Source of the DNA: Gemmatimonadota bacterium
GTDB lineage: Bacteria; Gemmatimonadota; Gemmatimonadetes; Palauibacterales; KS3-K002
Length of the DNA stretch: 64,000 bases
Direction: 5' to 3'
NCBI GenBank assembly: GCA_039586575.1
Contig: JBDHKD010000003.1
Location: 92,451 to 156,450 of the forward strand
The position numbers were made by a program, and so were the translations under genes. The notes beneath the pieces were generated by a model. It ran no database searches. It was not told the DNA's origin and saw nothing but the letters and a program-made list of their open reading frames with translations. Below are positions 28,111 through 45,242 of the stretch, piece by piece; within the stretch, counting starts at the first letter, position 1, and each line of letters opens with the position of its first letter.

Positions 28111-30356
28111 TATTCAACCTCCGCCTGCACGTCCGCGTCCAGCAGGCGCTCGCGGCGTTCCACGCTAACCACACCTTTTACCTTACGCACCGCCTTCATC
28201 ACTTTGGTCAGGTGTGTCAGGTTCTCGATCTCAATCACGAACTCGCCACGCATCCCACCTTCTATCGCCTCGGTCACAGCGCTCTGAATGTTCGTGCCGG
28301 TATTGCTGATCGCCTTGGCGATATCGGACAGCAGCCCGCGACGATCCGAGCCCTCGATGCGGATGCGCACGAAGTACAGCTGCGCCTTGTCAGTGCGCCA
28401 GTCGATCTCGATTCGCCGCTCCGGATGCTTGCTGAACTTCAATATGTTGGGGCAGTCGGTCCGATGGATCGATATGCCACGCCCTCTCGTGATGTAGCCG
28501 ATCACCTCATCGCCGGGGACCGGCTGGCAACACTGCGAGTAGCGGACCATCACGTTGTCGATCCCCTGGATCTGAACGCCCCGCGGGCCACCGCGAATCT
28601 GCTCCACCAGGCGGCCGATTCGACCCGGCTTCTGCGGCTCGGCCACCGCCTCCTGCTCCGGCCACACCTGCCTGAGGATGCTGGACAGGGCCAGCTCGCC
28701 GCGACCCAGGGCGGCGTAGAGGCCGTCGAGCGAGGGGTAGCCTGCCCGGCTGCCCGCCTCCTCCAGCTCGCCCTCCGAGACCTTCTTGCGACGCTTGCGC
28801 AGCTCGCGCTCCAGATACTCCTTGCCGATTTGGGCGGCGGTCTCCTGCTCCTCCTGCCGAACCCACTGGCGGATCTTGTTCCGGGCCCGGGCGGTGCGGA
28901 CGAACTTCAACCAGTCAGGAGAGGGCGTCTGTTTGGGATTGGTAATGATCTCGACGGTGTCGCCGCTCGTGAGCTCTCGGGTCAACGGGGCGATCCGCCC
29001 GTTGACCCGGGCGCCGGCGCAGCGATAACCGACCTCGGTGTGAACGGCGAAGGCGAAGTCGATGGGCGTAGCGCCTCTCGGTAGCTGCTTGACGTCGCCG
29101 GCCGGAGTGAAGACGAAGATCTCATCCTGGTAGAGGTCGATCCGCAGGAACTCCAGGAACTCCTCCGGCTCGCGTGTCTCCTGCTGCCACTCGAGGACCT
29201 GGCGGAACCAGGCCAGTTTCTCGTCGACCTCGTCGAGCGCTCCCTTGTAGCCCTCCTTGTAGCGCCAGTGAGCGGCGATACCGAGCTCGGCGGTTCGGTG
29301 CATGTCGTGGGTACGAATCTGGATCTCGTACAAGCGCCCGCCCGGCCCGAAGATCGTGGTGTGGAGGGAGCGATACATGTTCGACTTGGGCGTGGCGACA
29401 TAGTCGTGGAATCGCTCGGTAAGCGGTGTCCACTTGTTGTGAATCACGCCGAGCACGTGATAACAATCCTTGATGCTATCGGTGATCACGCGAATCGCCA
29501 TCAAGTCGTAAATCTCTTCGTACGGCTTCTCGCGCTTCCGCATCTTGTTGTGAATCGACCAAAGATGCTTGGCCCGGCCGACGACCTCGCAATTGACGCC
29601 CGCCTTGGCCAACTCCTCGGCTAGCGGCTCGGCAAGCTGGCGAACCCACTCCTCTCGTTCCTTGCGGCGCTCGCGGACTTTCTTAGCCAGCTGTTTGTAG
29701 GCCTGCGCCTCGAGATACTTGAAGGCGAGATCCTCGAGCTCCCACCTGACGCGGGCCATCCCGAGCCGATGCGCCAGGGGAGCGTAGATCTCCCGCGTCT
29801 CCCGAGCGATCCGTTGCTTCTTGCCGGCCGGCAACGCCTGCAGGGTTCTCATGTTGTGGAGCCGGTCGGCCAGCTTAACGATGATGACGCGGGCGTCACG
29901 CGCCATCGAGAGCAGCAGCTTGCGGAAGTTCTCGGCCTGTTGCTCGGTGCTCGAACTGAACTCCACGCGACCGATCTTCGTCAGGCCCTCGACGATGGTG
30001 GCGATCTCCTCGCCGAAGTGCTCCTCGATTTCCTCGAGCGACGTCTCGGTGTCCTCGACCACGTCGTGCAAGAAGGCGGCGCAGATCGATGCCGTGTCCA
30101 GGTGCAGCTCGGCGAGGATCTTACCGACCGCGACGCAGTGGTTGATGTAGTCCTCGCCCGACTTGCGCTTCTGGCCGCGATGCGCCCGCTGGCTGTAGTC
30201 GAACGCCCGCGCCAGGAGATCGAGATCGAGCCGCTCGCGGGTCCCGCCGATGGCGTCGAGAAAGTCGGCAGGCAGGACGGGGGCGGCGTCAACGGGCGGT
30301 GTCGCTTCGCCGGCTCCGGGCCTGTCGATGGTCTCGCTGGTACGTTCTGACGCCAT
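28110..30356 (-). CDS. relA: Bifunctional (p)ppGpp synthetase/hydrolase (long RSH)
   Basis: Intact HD motif LHDVVED, VKLADRLHNMRTL, synthetase GRAK..YRSLHT..EIQIRT, TGS, CC and ACT domains. ATG 30356 chosen. Confidence 0.96.
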   Translation of the reverse strand: MASERTSETIDRPGAGEATPPVDAAPVLPADFLDAIGGTRERLDLDLLARAFDYSQRAHRGQKRKSGEDYINHCVAVGKILAELHLDTASICAAFLHDVVEDTETSLEEIEEHFGEEIATIVEGLTKIGRVEFSSSTEQQAENFRKLLLSMARDARVIIVKLADRLHNMRTLQALPAGKKQRIARETREIYAPLAHRLGMARVRWELEDLAFKYLEAQAYKQLAKKVRERRKEREEWVRQLAEPLAEELAKAGVNCEVVGRAKHLWSIHNKMRKREKPYEEIYDLMAIRVITDSIKDCYHVLGVIHNKWTPLTERFHDYVATPKSNMYRSLHTTIFGPGGRLYEIQIRTHDMHRTAELGIAAHWRYKEGYKGALDEVDEKLAWFRQVLEWQQETREPEEFLEFLRIDLYQDEIFVFTPAGDVKQLPRGATPIDFAFAVHTEVGYRCAGARVNGRIAPLTRELTSGDTVEIITNPKQTPSPDWLKFVRTARARNKIRQWVRQEEQETAAQIGKEYLERELRKRRKKVSEGELEEAGSRAGYPSLDGLYAALGRGELALSSILRQVWPEQEAVAEPQKPGRIGRLVEQIRGGPRGVQIQGIDNVMVRYSQCCQPVPGDEVIGYITRGRGISIHRTDCPNILKFSKHPERRIEIDWRTDKAQLYFVRIRIEGSDRRGLLSDIAKAISNTGTNIQSAVTEAIEGGMRGEFVIEIENLTHLTKVMKAVRKVKGVVSVERRERLLDADVQAEVE

Positions 30357-30563
30357 AACGCTCGTGGTTCCAAGAGGTTGTGGGGTGGGCCTCAACGATG
30401 GGCTACACCCTACCATGGACTCCTACACGCGAGGCAGGGAGCCGGTTTCTGCCTGAACGGGGCTCGCACGTCTTAGAATCGCTAGAATTAAGCCCAGCCG
30501 CAAGTTACGAGGGTGGTCCGGTGGCGCCGGCCAGGCGCTCGCAACCATCCGCTACCGTGTCGT

Positions 30564-31268
30564 CTAGCGGTCGGCCGTTATGTAACCCAGGTCGAGAAAG
30601 CTCGCGTAGCGGCCGTTGCCCACGATGATGTGATCCCGGACCGGGACACCCAAGAGGCGGCCCGCCTCGACGAGCTGGCGGGTCACCTCGCGGTCGGCGG
30701 GTGATGGCGTCGGGTCGCCGCTCGGGTGGTTGTGGACGAGGATGAGAGCGGCAGCCGCCTCCGCCAGGGCAGGAGCGAAGACCTCGCGAGGATGCACGAC
30801 GGAGGCATCGAGGATGCCGCGGGTGACCATGACGTCGCGCACCACGGCGTTCTGGGTGCTGAGGAGGAGGACGTGGAATTCCTCTTGCTTGAGATCGCGG
30901 AGTCGCAGCTCGAATCGCCGGTAGACGTCCCGCGGGGTGGTGACGCGGTCGTCATCATGGCGGATCTCCTCGGCGGCTCGGCGCCCCAACTCGAGGGCCG
31001 CCAGGATGGCCACCGCGCGGGCCTCGCCGATTCCGGGCACTTGCATCAGCTGAGCACCCGGCGCGGTACCGAGGCGCCGCAGCGAGCGCCCGAAACGGTC
31101 GTAGAGGGTCTCGGCCACCTCGAGGGCGCTGCGGCCGCCGGCCCCGCTCGATGCCAGGATGGCCAGGAGCTCCGCCGTTCGCAGGGCGGCGGGCCCGAGA
31201 GCGCGGAAGCGCTCGCGCGGTTGATCCGCCGACGGCCACTCCTTGATGGAGGGCGGCCGGTCCTTCAT
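30564..31268 (-). CDS. radC: RadC/UPF0758 JAB-domain protein
   Basis: PRERF..GPAAL..ELLAIL, HhH, VHPREVF, HNHPSGDPTPS..D; GGAAGGGA RBS before ATG 31268. Confidence 0.95.
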   Translation of the reverse strand: MKDRPPSIKEWPSADQPRERFRALGPAALRTAELLAILASSGAGGRSALEVAETLYDRFGRSLRRLGTAPGAQLMQVPGIGEARAVAILAALELGRRAAEEIRHDDDRVTTPRDVYRRFELRLRDLKQEEFHVLLLSTQNAVVRDVMVTRGILDASVVHPREVFAPALAEAAAALILVHNHPSGDPTPSPADREVTRQLVEAGRLLGVPVRDHIIVGNGRYASFLDLGYITADR

Positions 31269-31341
31269 GGTCCCTTCCATCGGAGGTACAAGGATGGTGC
31301 CGAGTATCAACGAATCGTCACAGGCGAGGCGCCGATTCCCG

Positions 31342-34674
<3,333 letters not shown>

Positions 34675-34695
34675 TCTTCCAGTTTCTGCCTGGCG

Positions 34696-35280
34696 TTAGG
34701 GTCGGCCACGGTATAAGGCGTGTTCTTCAATGATCCGGTAGACCGGCGCGGGCACCAGATAGCGATACGGACGTCCGGCACGGATGCGGTCCCGCACCTC
34801 GCTGGACGATACGGCGATGTGGGTCACCTCGACTCTGAGAAGATCGATGCCGATCTTCGGGTTGGCTGCGGCAGGTGCTTCGGCCCGCGACATCACGGTG
34901 ATACGAGCACGTTCCGCGATCTCGGCAACGCGCTGCCAGCGGTGCAGCTCGCCGACGATGTCCGACCCGACCAGCAGGAAGAGCTCGGCCTCCCGGTACT
35001 CCTCCCCCAGCTCGGCGACGGTGTCCACGGTGTAAGAGGGACCCGGCCGCTGGAGTTCTCGGGCGTCGACCACGAGGAGCTCCGAGCCTGCCGTGGCCGC
35101 CTCGATCATCTGGAGGCGCAACTCCCCCGAGGCCTCGACCCGCGCTCGCTTGAGCGGATGCGTGCCCGTCGGGACGAAGAAAACCCTATCGAGCCCGAGG
35201 GCCGCCGCGGCATCGTCGGCGACGATCAGGTGACCCACGTGTGGCGGATCGAAGGACCCACCGAAAATGCCAAGCCTCAT
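34696..35280 (-). CDS. nadD: Nicotinate-nucleotide adenylyltransferase
   Basis: GIFGGSFDPPHVGH, SYTVDT, VGSD, SSSEVR. Confidence 0.95.
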   Translation of the reverse strand: MRLGIFGGSFDPPHVGHLIVADDAAAALGLDRVFFVPTGTHPLKRARVEASGELRLQMIEAATAGSELLVVDARELQRPGPSYTVDTVAELGEEYREAELFLLVGSDIVGELHRWQRVAEIAERARITVMSRAEAPAAANPKIGIDLLRVEVTHIAVSSSEVRDRIRAGRPYRYLVPAPVYRIIEEHALYRGRP

Positions 35281-35313
35281 CCCGCAGACGACCTAGCTGA
35301 CCTCTCCCGGCGC

Positions 35314-36054
35314 CTACCCTTGTGCGCCTTCGCTGAGGCGCAATTTCTCGGCCTCCGGAGTCTCTGGATGGTTCCGTAAGAGGCGATCCCGAGTCCGCTC
35401 GGCCTCATCGCTGTACCCGAGCTTGGTGTAGCTTTCGTACAACTTCAGCAACGCCTCCGGCTCGACCGTGGCGCCGTTGTAAGTCTCCAGCAAGTGCTCG
35501 AGGTACACGATCGCCGAGTCGTAGGCTCTGCGCCTGAAGTAGTAAACGGCATTCAGGTAGTACTTACGCGCGATCTTGTCCGTGAGTTCCCGCACGCGCT
35601 GGGCGGCCAGCTCGGCGTACGGGCTCCCGGGGTAGAGGAGCGCGACCGCGCGGCATTGGTTGATCGCTTCGTCGGTATACTCCTGGTCGAGCTCGGGGCG
35701 CGGTGACATCTCGTAGTAGGACTCGCAGGCGCGATAGCGGGCCTCGTCGGCGAGTCGACCGGCGGGCCGGCTCTGGGCCAAGCGCAAGAACTCGGCTGCC
35801 GCCGTCAGATACTGCTTCTTATTGTAGTAGCAGCGGCCGACCACCAGCTGGGCGCTATCGACTTTCTGGTGGCCGGGATCACCGAAGATGAAGCGCTGCA
35901 TCGCCTGGATGCTGCGGTCCCAATCGCGCCCCTCGTACTTCTCCATGCCGATGCTGAACAGGTCCTCGGCGGACAGTCCGGGGGGCAGCTCTTTCGCACA
36001 GCCTGTCAGTCCCATTACCGCTACCACGAGCAGCGTCAGGCGTCGGGCGCTCAC
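35314..36054 (-). CDS. bamD: Outer-membrane protein assembly lipoprotein BamD
   Basis: LTGC lipobox, TPRs, ELDQEYT..AI, YPGSPY, ARKYYLNA.YY. Confidence 0.9.
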   Translation of the reverse strand: MSARRLTLLVVAVMGLTGCAKELPPGLSAEDLFSIGMEKYEGRDWDRSIQAMQRFIFGDPGHQKVDSAQLVVGRCYYNKKQYLTAAAEFLRLAQSRPAGRLADEARYRACESYYEMSPRPELDQEYTDEAINQCRAVALLYPGSPYAELAAQRVRELTDKIARKYYLNAVYYFRRRAYDSAIVYLEHLLETYNGATVEPEALLKLYESYTKLGYSDEAERTRDRLLRNHPETPEAEKLRLSEGAQG

Positions 36055-36983
36055 TGTTGCTGGCCCTCCTCCGGACTCCTGTAGCGAATGCTCCGGATCC
36101 GGTCCTCCGCCAGCCGGACCTTGCGGCCGGTACGGCTCGGGTTCAGGTCGAGAACGCGCTGATAGGATCTCACCGCCTCATCGAACTCGCCCATCGAGAA
36201 TAGGATCTCGCCGCGTTCGAACCAAGCGTCGTCACGCAGCGTCTGCGGCGAATTGCGTAGCGCGATCACCAGATCGAAGCCTTCCAGCGCCTGCGCGGGT
36301 CGGCCGGCCAAACGGTCTTCTTCGGCGAGCTGAAAGGCGCACTGACCGGCGTGCCACTCGGCATCGCGCCTCAGCTCGCCGCCCGGCCGACTGGCGAGGA
36401 AGGTGCTGAAATGGGCCAGCGCCTGCCCGCACTCGTCCAGTTCGTAGTAGACGCGGCCCAGCTCGTAGTTGACTCGCGGCTCTATACTGTCCGGAGAGGC
36501 GGCCAGCGTCGTCAGGTAGAGGGGCAAGGCGTTGGCGTACTCGCCGAGTTCGTAGTAGTAGCGCGCGAACGGCAGCGAGAACGCTTCCGGTACCGAGCCC
36601 GGCCGTACTATTTCCAGCTGCTCGAGCGCTCGCGCGAAGCGTGCCCGGTCGTTCCGCTCCAGCGCTCGCTCGGCCATCTCCAGGTAGTCCGCCACCGCCT
36701 GGTCGGCGTGTGACGAGTCGATAGCCAGGAGCCGTGAGTAGTAGTCGCTCGTCTCATCCAGGCGGTCGAGATGCGCGTAGCCATGGGCCAGGCGCAGCAG
36801 GATATCCGGCTCACCTCCACGCAGGCGGAGCGCGACCTGGTACTCGGCCATCGCTTCCTCGGCGCGGCCCGCACCCAGCAATCGATCACCCCACTCGGCA
36901 TGGTCGCGCACGTCACCGCGACAAGCGGCAACCGCGTACCAGACCAGGGCACCAACTGCGATGGGAAAGACTCTAGATCTCAG
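36051..36983 (-). CDS. TPR-repeat lipoprotein
   Basis: VAAC lipobox and multiple TPRs. Start inferred at CTG (GAGGAGG 7 nt upstream, CTGA overlap with the previous stop). Confidence 0.7.
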   Translation of the reverse strand: MRSRVFPIAVGALVWYAVAACRGDVRDHAEWGDRLLGAGRAEEAMAEYQVALRLRGGEPDILLRLAHGYAHLDRLDETSDYYSRLLAIDSSHADQAVADYLEMAERALERNDRARFARALEQLEIVRPGSVPEAFSLPFARYYYELGEYANALPLYLTTLAASPDSIEPRVNYELGRVYYELDECGQALAHFSTFLASRPGGELRRDAEWHAGQCAFQLAEEDRLAGRPAQALEGFDLVIALRNSPQTLRDDAWFERGEILFSMGEFDEAVRSYQRVLDLNPSRTGRKVRLAEDRIRSIRYRSPEEGQQQ

Positions 36984-37699
36984 CCCGCCCCCTCCTCGCC
37001 GGCGGCCTGAGTATGAGGCATGTTGAGGAAAGCTCGGGCTTTGGGATGATCGGGAACCTGTTTGAGGCAGGCTCGCCACTCTGCAGCCGCTGCATCGTGC
37101 TGACCGGACCGGTAATGCACCAAGCCGAGTGTGACGCGCGCTTCTACGTACTCAGGGTTCTCGGTCAGGACGCTGTTCAACTCGACGAACGCGCTCCTCA
37201 GATCGCCCTTTTCCATCGCGGCGCGAGCGAGCTTGGTGCGGATGTCAAGGAAATCCGGTCTCAGGTTCTTAGCACTCCGGTACTGCTCCACAGCCTCATC
37301 ATGGGAGCCGAGATCGGCGTAAAGGTCACCCAGCTCCATGTGCATATTCGCAAGGCGCGCCGACACCGAGCGGGAGAAAGGCCGGCCGGCGGAGTGATCA
37401 CTGTCCCACGCGAGTCTGAACGCTTCGCGCGCCTCCTCGTAACGGCCCAGGTCATTGAGCGTGATCGCCCGATTCAGGTGGGCTTCCACGTAGGCAGGAT
37501 TGAGGGCCAGCGCGCGGTCGAACTCTTCGAGCGCCGCCTCCGGCTGCCCAGCCAGTCCAAGCGCGAGGCCGAGCTGTTGACGCACGTCGGCGTACCCGGG
37601 CTCGCGCTCAGCTGCCTCTCGCAGGGCCGAGATGGCGCCGACGTAGTCGTTCTGCGCCAGGCATTCCTTCCCTTTCGCAATGAGCTGATCCGTATTCAT
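36980..37699 (-). CDS. Cytoplasmic TPR-repeat protein
   Basis: Repeats such as P.YAD..LG..L, NPAYVEAHLN, RPDFLDIRTKL, NPEYVEARV.LG; no signal peptide; ATG 37699. Confidence 0.78.
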   Translation of the reverse strand: MNTDQLIAKGKECLAQNDYVGAISALREAAEREPGYADVRQQLGLALGLAGQPEAALEEFDRALALNPAYVEAHLNRAITLNDLGRYEEAREAFRLAWDSDHSAGRPFSRSVSARLANMHMELGDLYADLGSHDEAVEQYRSAKNLRPDFLDIRTKLARAAMEKGDLRSAFVELNSVLTENPEYVEARVTLGLVHYRSGQHDAAAAEWRACLKQVPDHPKARAFLNMPHTQAAGEEGAG

Positions 37700-37709
37700 C
37701 GGCCGAAAC

Positions 37710-38447
37710 CTAGGCTTTCGCAGCCCCCTCGGCAAGCGAACGGCGGCGGCGGAATAGCCGCCGCCAGAGCCCGTACTTGAGGATGCAGCGGAAGGCGGAG
37801 ACACCGTCTTTCCAGTTGATCTTCTTGCCCTCGGCGTATGTGCGGCCGCTGTAGGAGATACCGACCTCGTAGATCCGCCAACCACCGAGGGCCAGCTTGG
37901 CGGTGATCTCGGGCTCGAGGCCGAAGCGGTTCTCCTCGATCTCGAGGCTCTCCAGCACCTCACGACGGAACATCTTGTAGCAGGTCTCCATGTCGGTGAG
38001 GTTCAGGTTGGTCACCATGTTGGAGAGGAGAGTGAGCAGCTTATTCCCCACGTAGTGCCAGAAGTAGAGGACACGGTGGGGGCCTTCGCCGGCGAACCGC
38101 GAGCCGTAGACGGCGTCCGCCTTGCCCTGCTCGATGGGCCCGATCAACCGCACGTACTCGTTGGGATCGTATTCGAGATCGGCGTCCTGAATGATCACCG
38201 CATCGCCCGTGGCCTTCGCCACGCCGGAGCGGATGGCCGCCCCTTTGCCCTGGTTCTTCTCGTGAAGCACCAGCGCGTCGATCTGGCCACCCTCGAGCAA
38301 ACCCTGTAGCACGTCGCGGGTGCCGTCGGTCGAGAAGTCATCGACGCAGATGATCTCGACATCCGCCCGCACCGCGCGCACCCGGCCGACGACTTCCTCC
38401 ACCGTCTCGCGCTCGTTGTAGACGGGAATCAGAACTGAGAGCTTCAC
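37710..38447 (-). CDS. GT2 glycosyltransferase (DPM1/polyprenol-phosphate glycosyltransferase-like)
   Basis: [51 protein letters not shown]. Confidence 0.92.
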   Translation of the reverse strand: MKLSVLIPVYNERETVEEVVGRVRAVRADVEIICVDDFSTDGTRDVLQGLLEGGQIDALVLHEKNQGKGAAIRSGVAKATGDAVIIQDADLEYDPNEYVRLIGPIEQGKADAVYGSRFAGEGPHRVLYFWHYVGNKLLTLLSNMVTNLNLTDMETCYKMFRREVLESLEIEENRFGLEPEITAKLALGGWRIYEVGISYSGRTYAEGKKINWKDGVSAFRCILKYGLWRRLFRRRRSLAEGAAKA

Positions 38448-39406
38448 GTGCCCGGCCCCCGGTCTTTGCCCTCCCGTTCGAGGACAGCTGAGAAATACTC
38501 GATGGTCCGCCGCAGCCCTTCGCGCAGATCGACTTTGGGCTCCCACCCCAACAACTGGCGCGCCCGGCTGATGTCAGGCTGCCGCACCTTGGGATCGTCC
38601 TCGGGCAGCGGCTCGTGTTTGATGCCGGCCGTGCTACCGGTTAGCTCGACGACCAGATCGGCGAGCTGTCGAACGGTGAACTCGGCCGGGTTGCCGATGT
38701 TCACCGGATCCGAGTCGTCGGATCCAAACAGGTGGTAGATGCCCTCGATCAGGTCGTCCACATAGCAGAAGGACCGGGTCTGCGAGCCTTCGCCGTAGAT
38801 CGTGAGTGGCTCGCCGCTCAGCGCTTGGACGATGAAGTTGGAGACGACCCGGCCATCGTGCTTGCGCATGCGCGGGCCGTACGTATTGAAGATGCGGACG
38901 ATCCGCGTATTGACGCCGTGGTAGCGGTGGTAGGCCATCGTCAGCGCCTCGGCGAAACGCTTCGCTTCGTCATACACGCCGCGCGGACCGACCGGGTTGA
39001 CGTTACCCCAGTATGACTCCGGCTGGGGGTGAACGGCGGGATCGCCGTAGACCTCCGAAGTCGAGGCCAGTAGGAAGCGAGCGCCCTTCGTTTTCGCCAG
39101 GCCAAGCGCCTTGTGGGTACCGAGCGAGCCTACCTTGAGAGTCTGGATCGGCAGCTTCAGGTAGTCGATGGGGCTCGCCGGTGACGCGAAATGCAGTATG
39201 CCATCGAGGTCGCCCGCCACGTACGTGAACTCGGTCACGTCGTGGCGGTAGAAGCTGAACGCCTCGCTGACCAGCAGGTGGGCGATGTTGTCCGGCGAGC
39301 CGGTGATGAAGTTGTCGAGCCCGACGACTTCATGCCCGTCGGCCAAGAACCGGTCGGCCAGGTGCGAACCGAGGAAACCGGCGACACCGGTGATCAAGAC
39401 CCTCAC
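38444..39406 (-). CDS. uxs: UDP-glucuronate decarboxylase (UDP-xylose synthase)-like SDR
   Basis: [56 protein letters not shown]. Confidence 0.88.
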   Translation of the reverse strand: MRVLITGVAGFLGSHLADRFLADGHEVVGLDNFITGSPDNIAHLLVSEAFSFYRHDVTEFTYVAGDLDGILHFASPASPIDYLKLPIQTLKVGSLGTHKALGLAKTKGARFLLASTSEVYGDPAVHPQPESYWGNVNPVGPRGVYDEAKRFAEALTMAYHRYHGVNTRIVRIFNTYGPRMRKHDGRVVSNFIVQALSGEPLTIYGEGSQTRSFCYVDDLIEGIYHLFGSDDSDPVNIGNPAEFTVRQLADLVVELTGSTAGIKHEPLPEDDPKVRQPDISRARQLLGWEPKVDLREGLRRTIEYFSAVLEREGKDRGPGT

Positions 39407-40713
39407 CTTACCGCCTCCCGCCCGAGTGCGTAGTACGTGAACTTCAACTCCCTCAGCTTCGCCACCTCGTAGAGGTTGCGGGCGTCGAACAGTACGGGTC
39501 TCTTCAGCAGCGATCTGATGCGCTCGAAATCCGGATTGCGATAGTCGAGCCAGTCGGTCATCACAACCAGGGCATCGGCGCCAGTCAACGCGTCGTACTC
39601 GCGCTCGCAGTAAGCGATCCGCTCGCCGAAGACGCGGCGCGCGTTCCCCAGCGCCGCCGGATCGTGACCGCGGACGGACGCGCCGCGCTCCAGCAACCCC
39701 TCGATCAGAACGATCGCGGGCGACTCCCTCATGTCGTCGGTTCCGGGCTTGAAGGCGAGTCCCCAGACGGCGATGGTGCGGCCGGCAAGTCCATCGGCGA
39801 AGTGGTCTTCCAGCTTGTGCAGGAACAGAAGCTTCTGCGCCTCGTTCACCGCCTCGACGGCCTCGAGGATCTTGAAGTGGTAGCCGAACTCAGCGGCTGT
39901 TCGCCTCAGCGCTTTGACGTCCTTGGGAAAGCAAGAGCCGCCGTAGCCGGGCCCGGGGAACAGGAACTTGGGGCCGATCCGGTTGTCCGAGCCGACACCG
40001 CGGCGAACCAACACCACGTCGGCGCCGGTGAGCTCGCACATCCTGGCCATCTCGTTCATGAAGCTGATCCGGGTGGCCAGCATTGCGTTGGCGGCGTACT
40101 TCGTGAGCTCGGCGCTCGCGATATCCATGAAGATGATCGGGTTGCCCGTGCGCACGAACGGCTCGTAGAGCTGCGCCAGCGCCTCTTGGGCGACCGGCGA
40201 GTCAATGCCGAGCACGACTCGGTCGGGACGCATGAAATCATCCAACGCCGCTCCTTCTTTGAGGAACTCGGGGTTGGAGCAGACGTGGACGGGGTGACTC
40301 GTCCGGCTCTCGATCTCCTGGCGGACGAGAGCCGCGGTGCCGACCGGCACGGTGCTTTTCGTCACCACGATCCGTTCGCCGTCCATGCTCTCGCCGATCG
40401 CGCCGGCAACGTCGAGCACGTGCCGCAGGTCGGCTGAGCCGTCCTCGTCGGGCGGCGTGCCGACGGCGATGAAGATGACGCGCGACTCGCGGGCAACCAG
40501 CGGGATGTCGGTGGTGAAGCGCAGGCGCCCGTTGGCGAGGTTGCGCTGAACGAGCGGCTCCAGGCCGGGCTCGTAGATCGGGATCTCGCCCCGCTTGAGC
40601 GAGTCAACCTTCAGCGCATCGACATCGCCGCAAACCACTTCGTTGCCGGTCTCGGCGAAGCAGGCGCCGGCCACGAGGCCGACGTAACCAGTACCTATGA
40701 CTCCTACGTTCAT
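39403..40713 (-). CDS. ugd: UDP-glucose 6-dehydrogenase
   Basis: [46 protein letters not shown]. Confidence 0.93.
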   Translation of the reverse strand: MNVGVIGTGYVGLVAGACFAETGNEVVCGDVDALKVDSLKRGEIPIYEPGLEPLVQRNLANGRLRFTTDIPLVARESRVIFIAVGTPPDEDGSADLRHVLDVAGAIGESMDGERIVVTKSTVPVGTAALVRQEIESRTSHPVHVCSNPEFLKEGAALDDFMRPDRVVLGIDSPVAQEALAQLYEPFVRTGNPIIFMDIASAELTKYAANAMLATRISFMNEMARMCELTGADVVLVRRGVGSDNRIGPKFLFPGPGYGGSCFPKDVKALRRTAAEFGYHFKILEAVEAVNEAQKLLFLHKLEDHFADGLAGRTIAVWGLAFKPGTDDMRESPAIVLIEGLLERGASVRGHDPAALGNARRVFGERIAYCEREYDALTGADALVVMTDWLDYRNPDFERIRSLLKRPVLFDARNLYEVAKLRELKFTYYALGREAVR

Positions 40714-40770
40714 ATCGAAGCTCGAGAGAATGATGACCAGAGACTCGGGGGTGGTCCGGAAGGGCCACCT

Positions 40771-40800
40771 ATTATATCCGAACTACACTTAGAGCCGCAA
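40771..40800 (-). promoter_or_regulatory. sigma70-type promoter of the ugd-uxs-GT2 unit
   Basis: TTGCGG-18 nt-TATAAT on the minus strand; followed by an 8-bp hairpin near 40750-40769. Confidence 0.65.
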
Positions 40801-41952
40801 CGGCGAGGAGTGGGGAATGCGATAGCGCAGCGTCGTCCCCTTCAGCCAGCGCAGCCCCCGCAACGCCCGTCGCAGCCGACCTCCGCGCCGACCGCTCGCC
40901 GCCGTCCTGCCGCCTTTCCCTTCGTGGCCAAGCACCCAGCGGGCGAACGCGAGTTTCCGCCGCACGCCGCGCCGCAAGGCCAGTTCCATGACCAGTGAGC
41001 TGGGCACGAGGCGGAACCCCGACCCCAGGTAGCCCAATCGCAGCGCGATAGGGACGCCGAGGCGACCGGGAGTGCTGATGTAGGCACGCTCCGCCTCCAA
41101 GTCGAACAGCTGAGCCGCCGCCGTGACAGCGTGCCGAAGGTGGCGCTCGCGGCCAACGGACCGCGCCAGCTCGGCCGCCCGCGCCAGCTCGTCGTCGCCG
41201 CCAGCTGCGAGCTGCAGCGCCAGGTCGAGGTAGACGGACAACGTGCGGAAGCCGTGTAGAACGGCGTGGGCCGCGGTGAGGTAGAGCTCCAGAGCCGGCG
41301 CCAGAACCGGCCAACGTCCGCCGGCAATCTCGGCGCTGGCCAGCGACTCGCGACTCGCGGCAACGAGCGCCTCTATGCCTCCCTCACTCAACGCCACCTC
41401 GTGCCACGCCGGATGAAGGTCGAACGTCACCGGTTGCTGGTCATCCTCACGCACATAGGCGACAGCATACCGTGTGGACAAGCGACCACCGCCCGCCCAA
41501 TAGCGGAAGCCGGCTGCGCGTAACACCTCCTCGGCTTGCCGCAGCTCGTCCGGCGCGATCAGCAGATCGATGTCGCCGGTCTCGCGCACGGCGGGGGCCG
41601 GGTAGTAGCGGGCCAGGGCGGGGCCCTTGAACAAGACGGGCCGCAGGCCGGCCGCCTCGAACGCGGGGCCGATCTCCGCCAGGGCTCTGTGCTGAGCGGA
41701 CGTCCGCCGCTCGTTCTCCAGCCGCGCCGACGTGAGGAGCGCCCAGCCGCGTTTCGGCACCTGCACGCCGAGCTCGCCACAGGCCTCACCCAAGGCCGGC
41801 CCCAGTCGCTCGGTCAGGGCGGCAGCCGTCGCACGCATCCAGCGTTCCGCGGACCAGGCGCCATCGGTAGGGCCGCGGCCGAAGTACCGCCGACTGAGGA
41901 TCGCCAGCGCCGGCTCCAGCCATCCCAGCCCACGTCCTGCGCGACTGGCCAT
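40789..41952 (-). CDS. Uncharacterised nucleotidyltransferase (NTP_transf_5-like)
   Basis: VLFKGPAL..YYP....RETGDIDLLI pol-beta-like motif, FDLH, HAVLH. Confidence 0.75.
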   Translation of the reverse strand: MASRAGRGLGWLEPALAILSRRYFGRGPTDGAWSAERWMRATAAALTERLGPALGEACGELGVQVPKRGWALLTSARLENERRTSAQHRALAEIGPAFEAAGLRPVLFKGPALARYYPAPAVRETGDIDLLIAPDELRQAEEVLRAAGFRYWAGGGRLSTRYAVAYVREDDQQPVTFDLHPAWHEVALSEGGIEALVAASRESLASAEIAGGRWPVLAPALELYLTAAHAVLHGFRTLSVYLDLALQLAAGGDDELARAAELARSVGRERHLRHAVTAAAQLFDLEAERAYISTPGRLGVPIALRLGYLGSGFRLVPSSLVMELALRRGVRRKLAFARWVLGHEGKGGRTAASGRRGGRLRRALRGLRWLKGTTLRYRIPHSSPLRL

Positions 41953-41954
41953 GG

Positions 41955-45238
<3,284 letters not shown>

Positions 45239-45242
<4 letters not shown>

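Noticed and set aside
30474-30488. Tandem TAGAAT hexamers on the + strand between rel and radC (possible antisense promoter or sRNA)
   Set aside because: No plausible -35 and no downstream terminator or structure.
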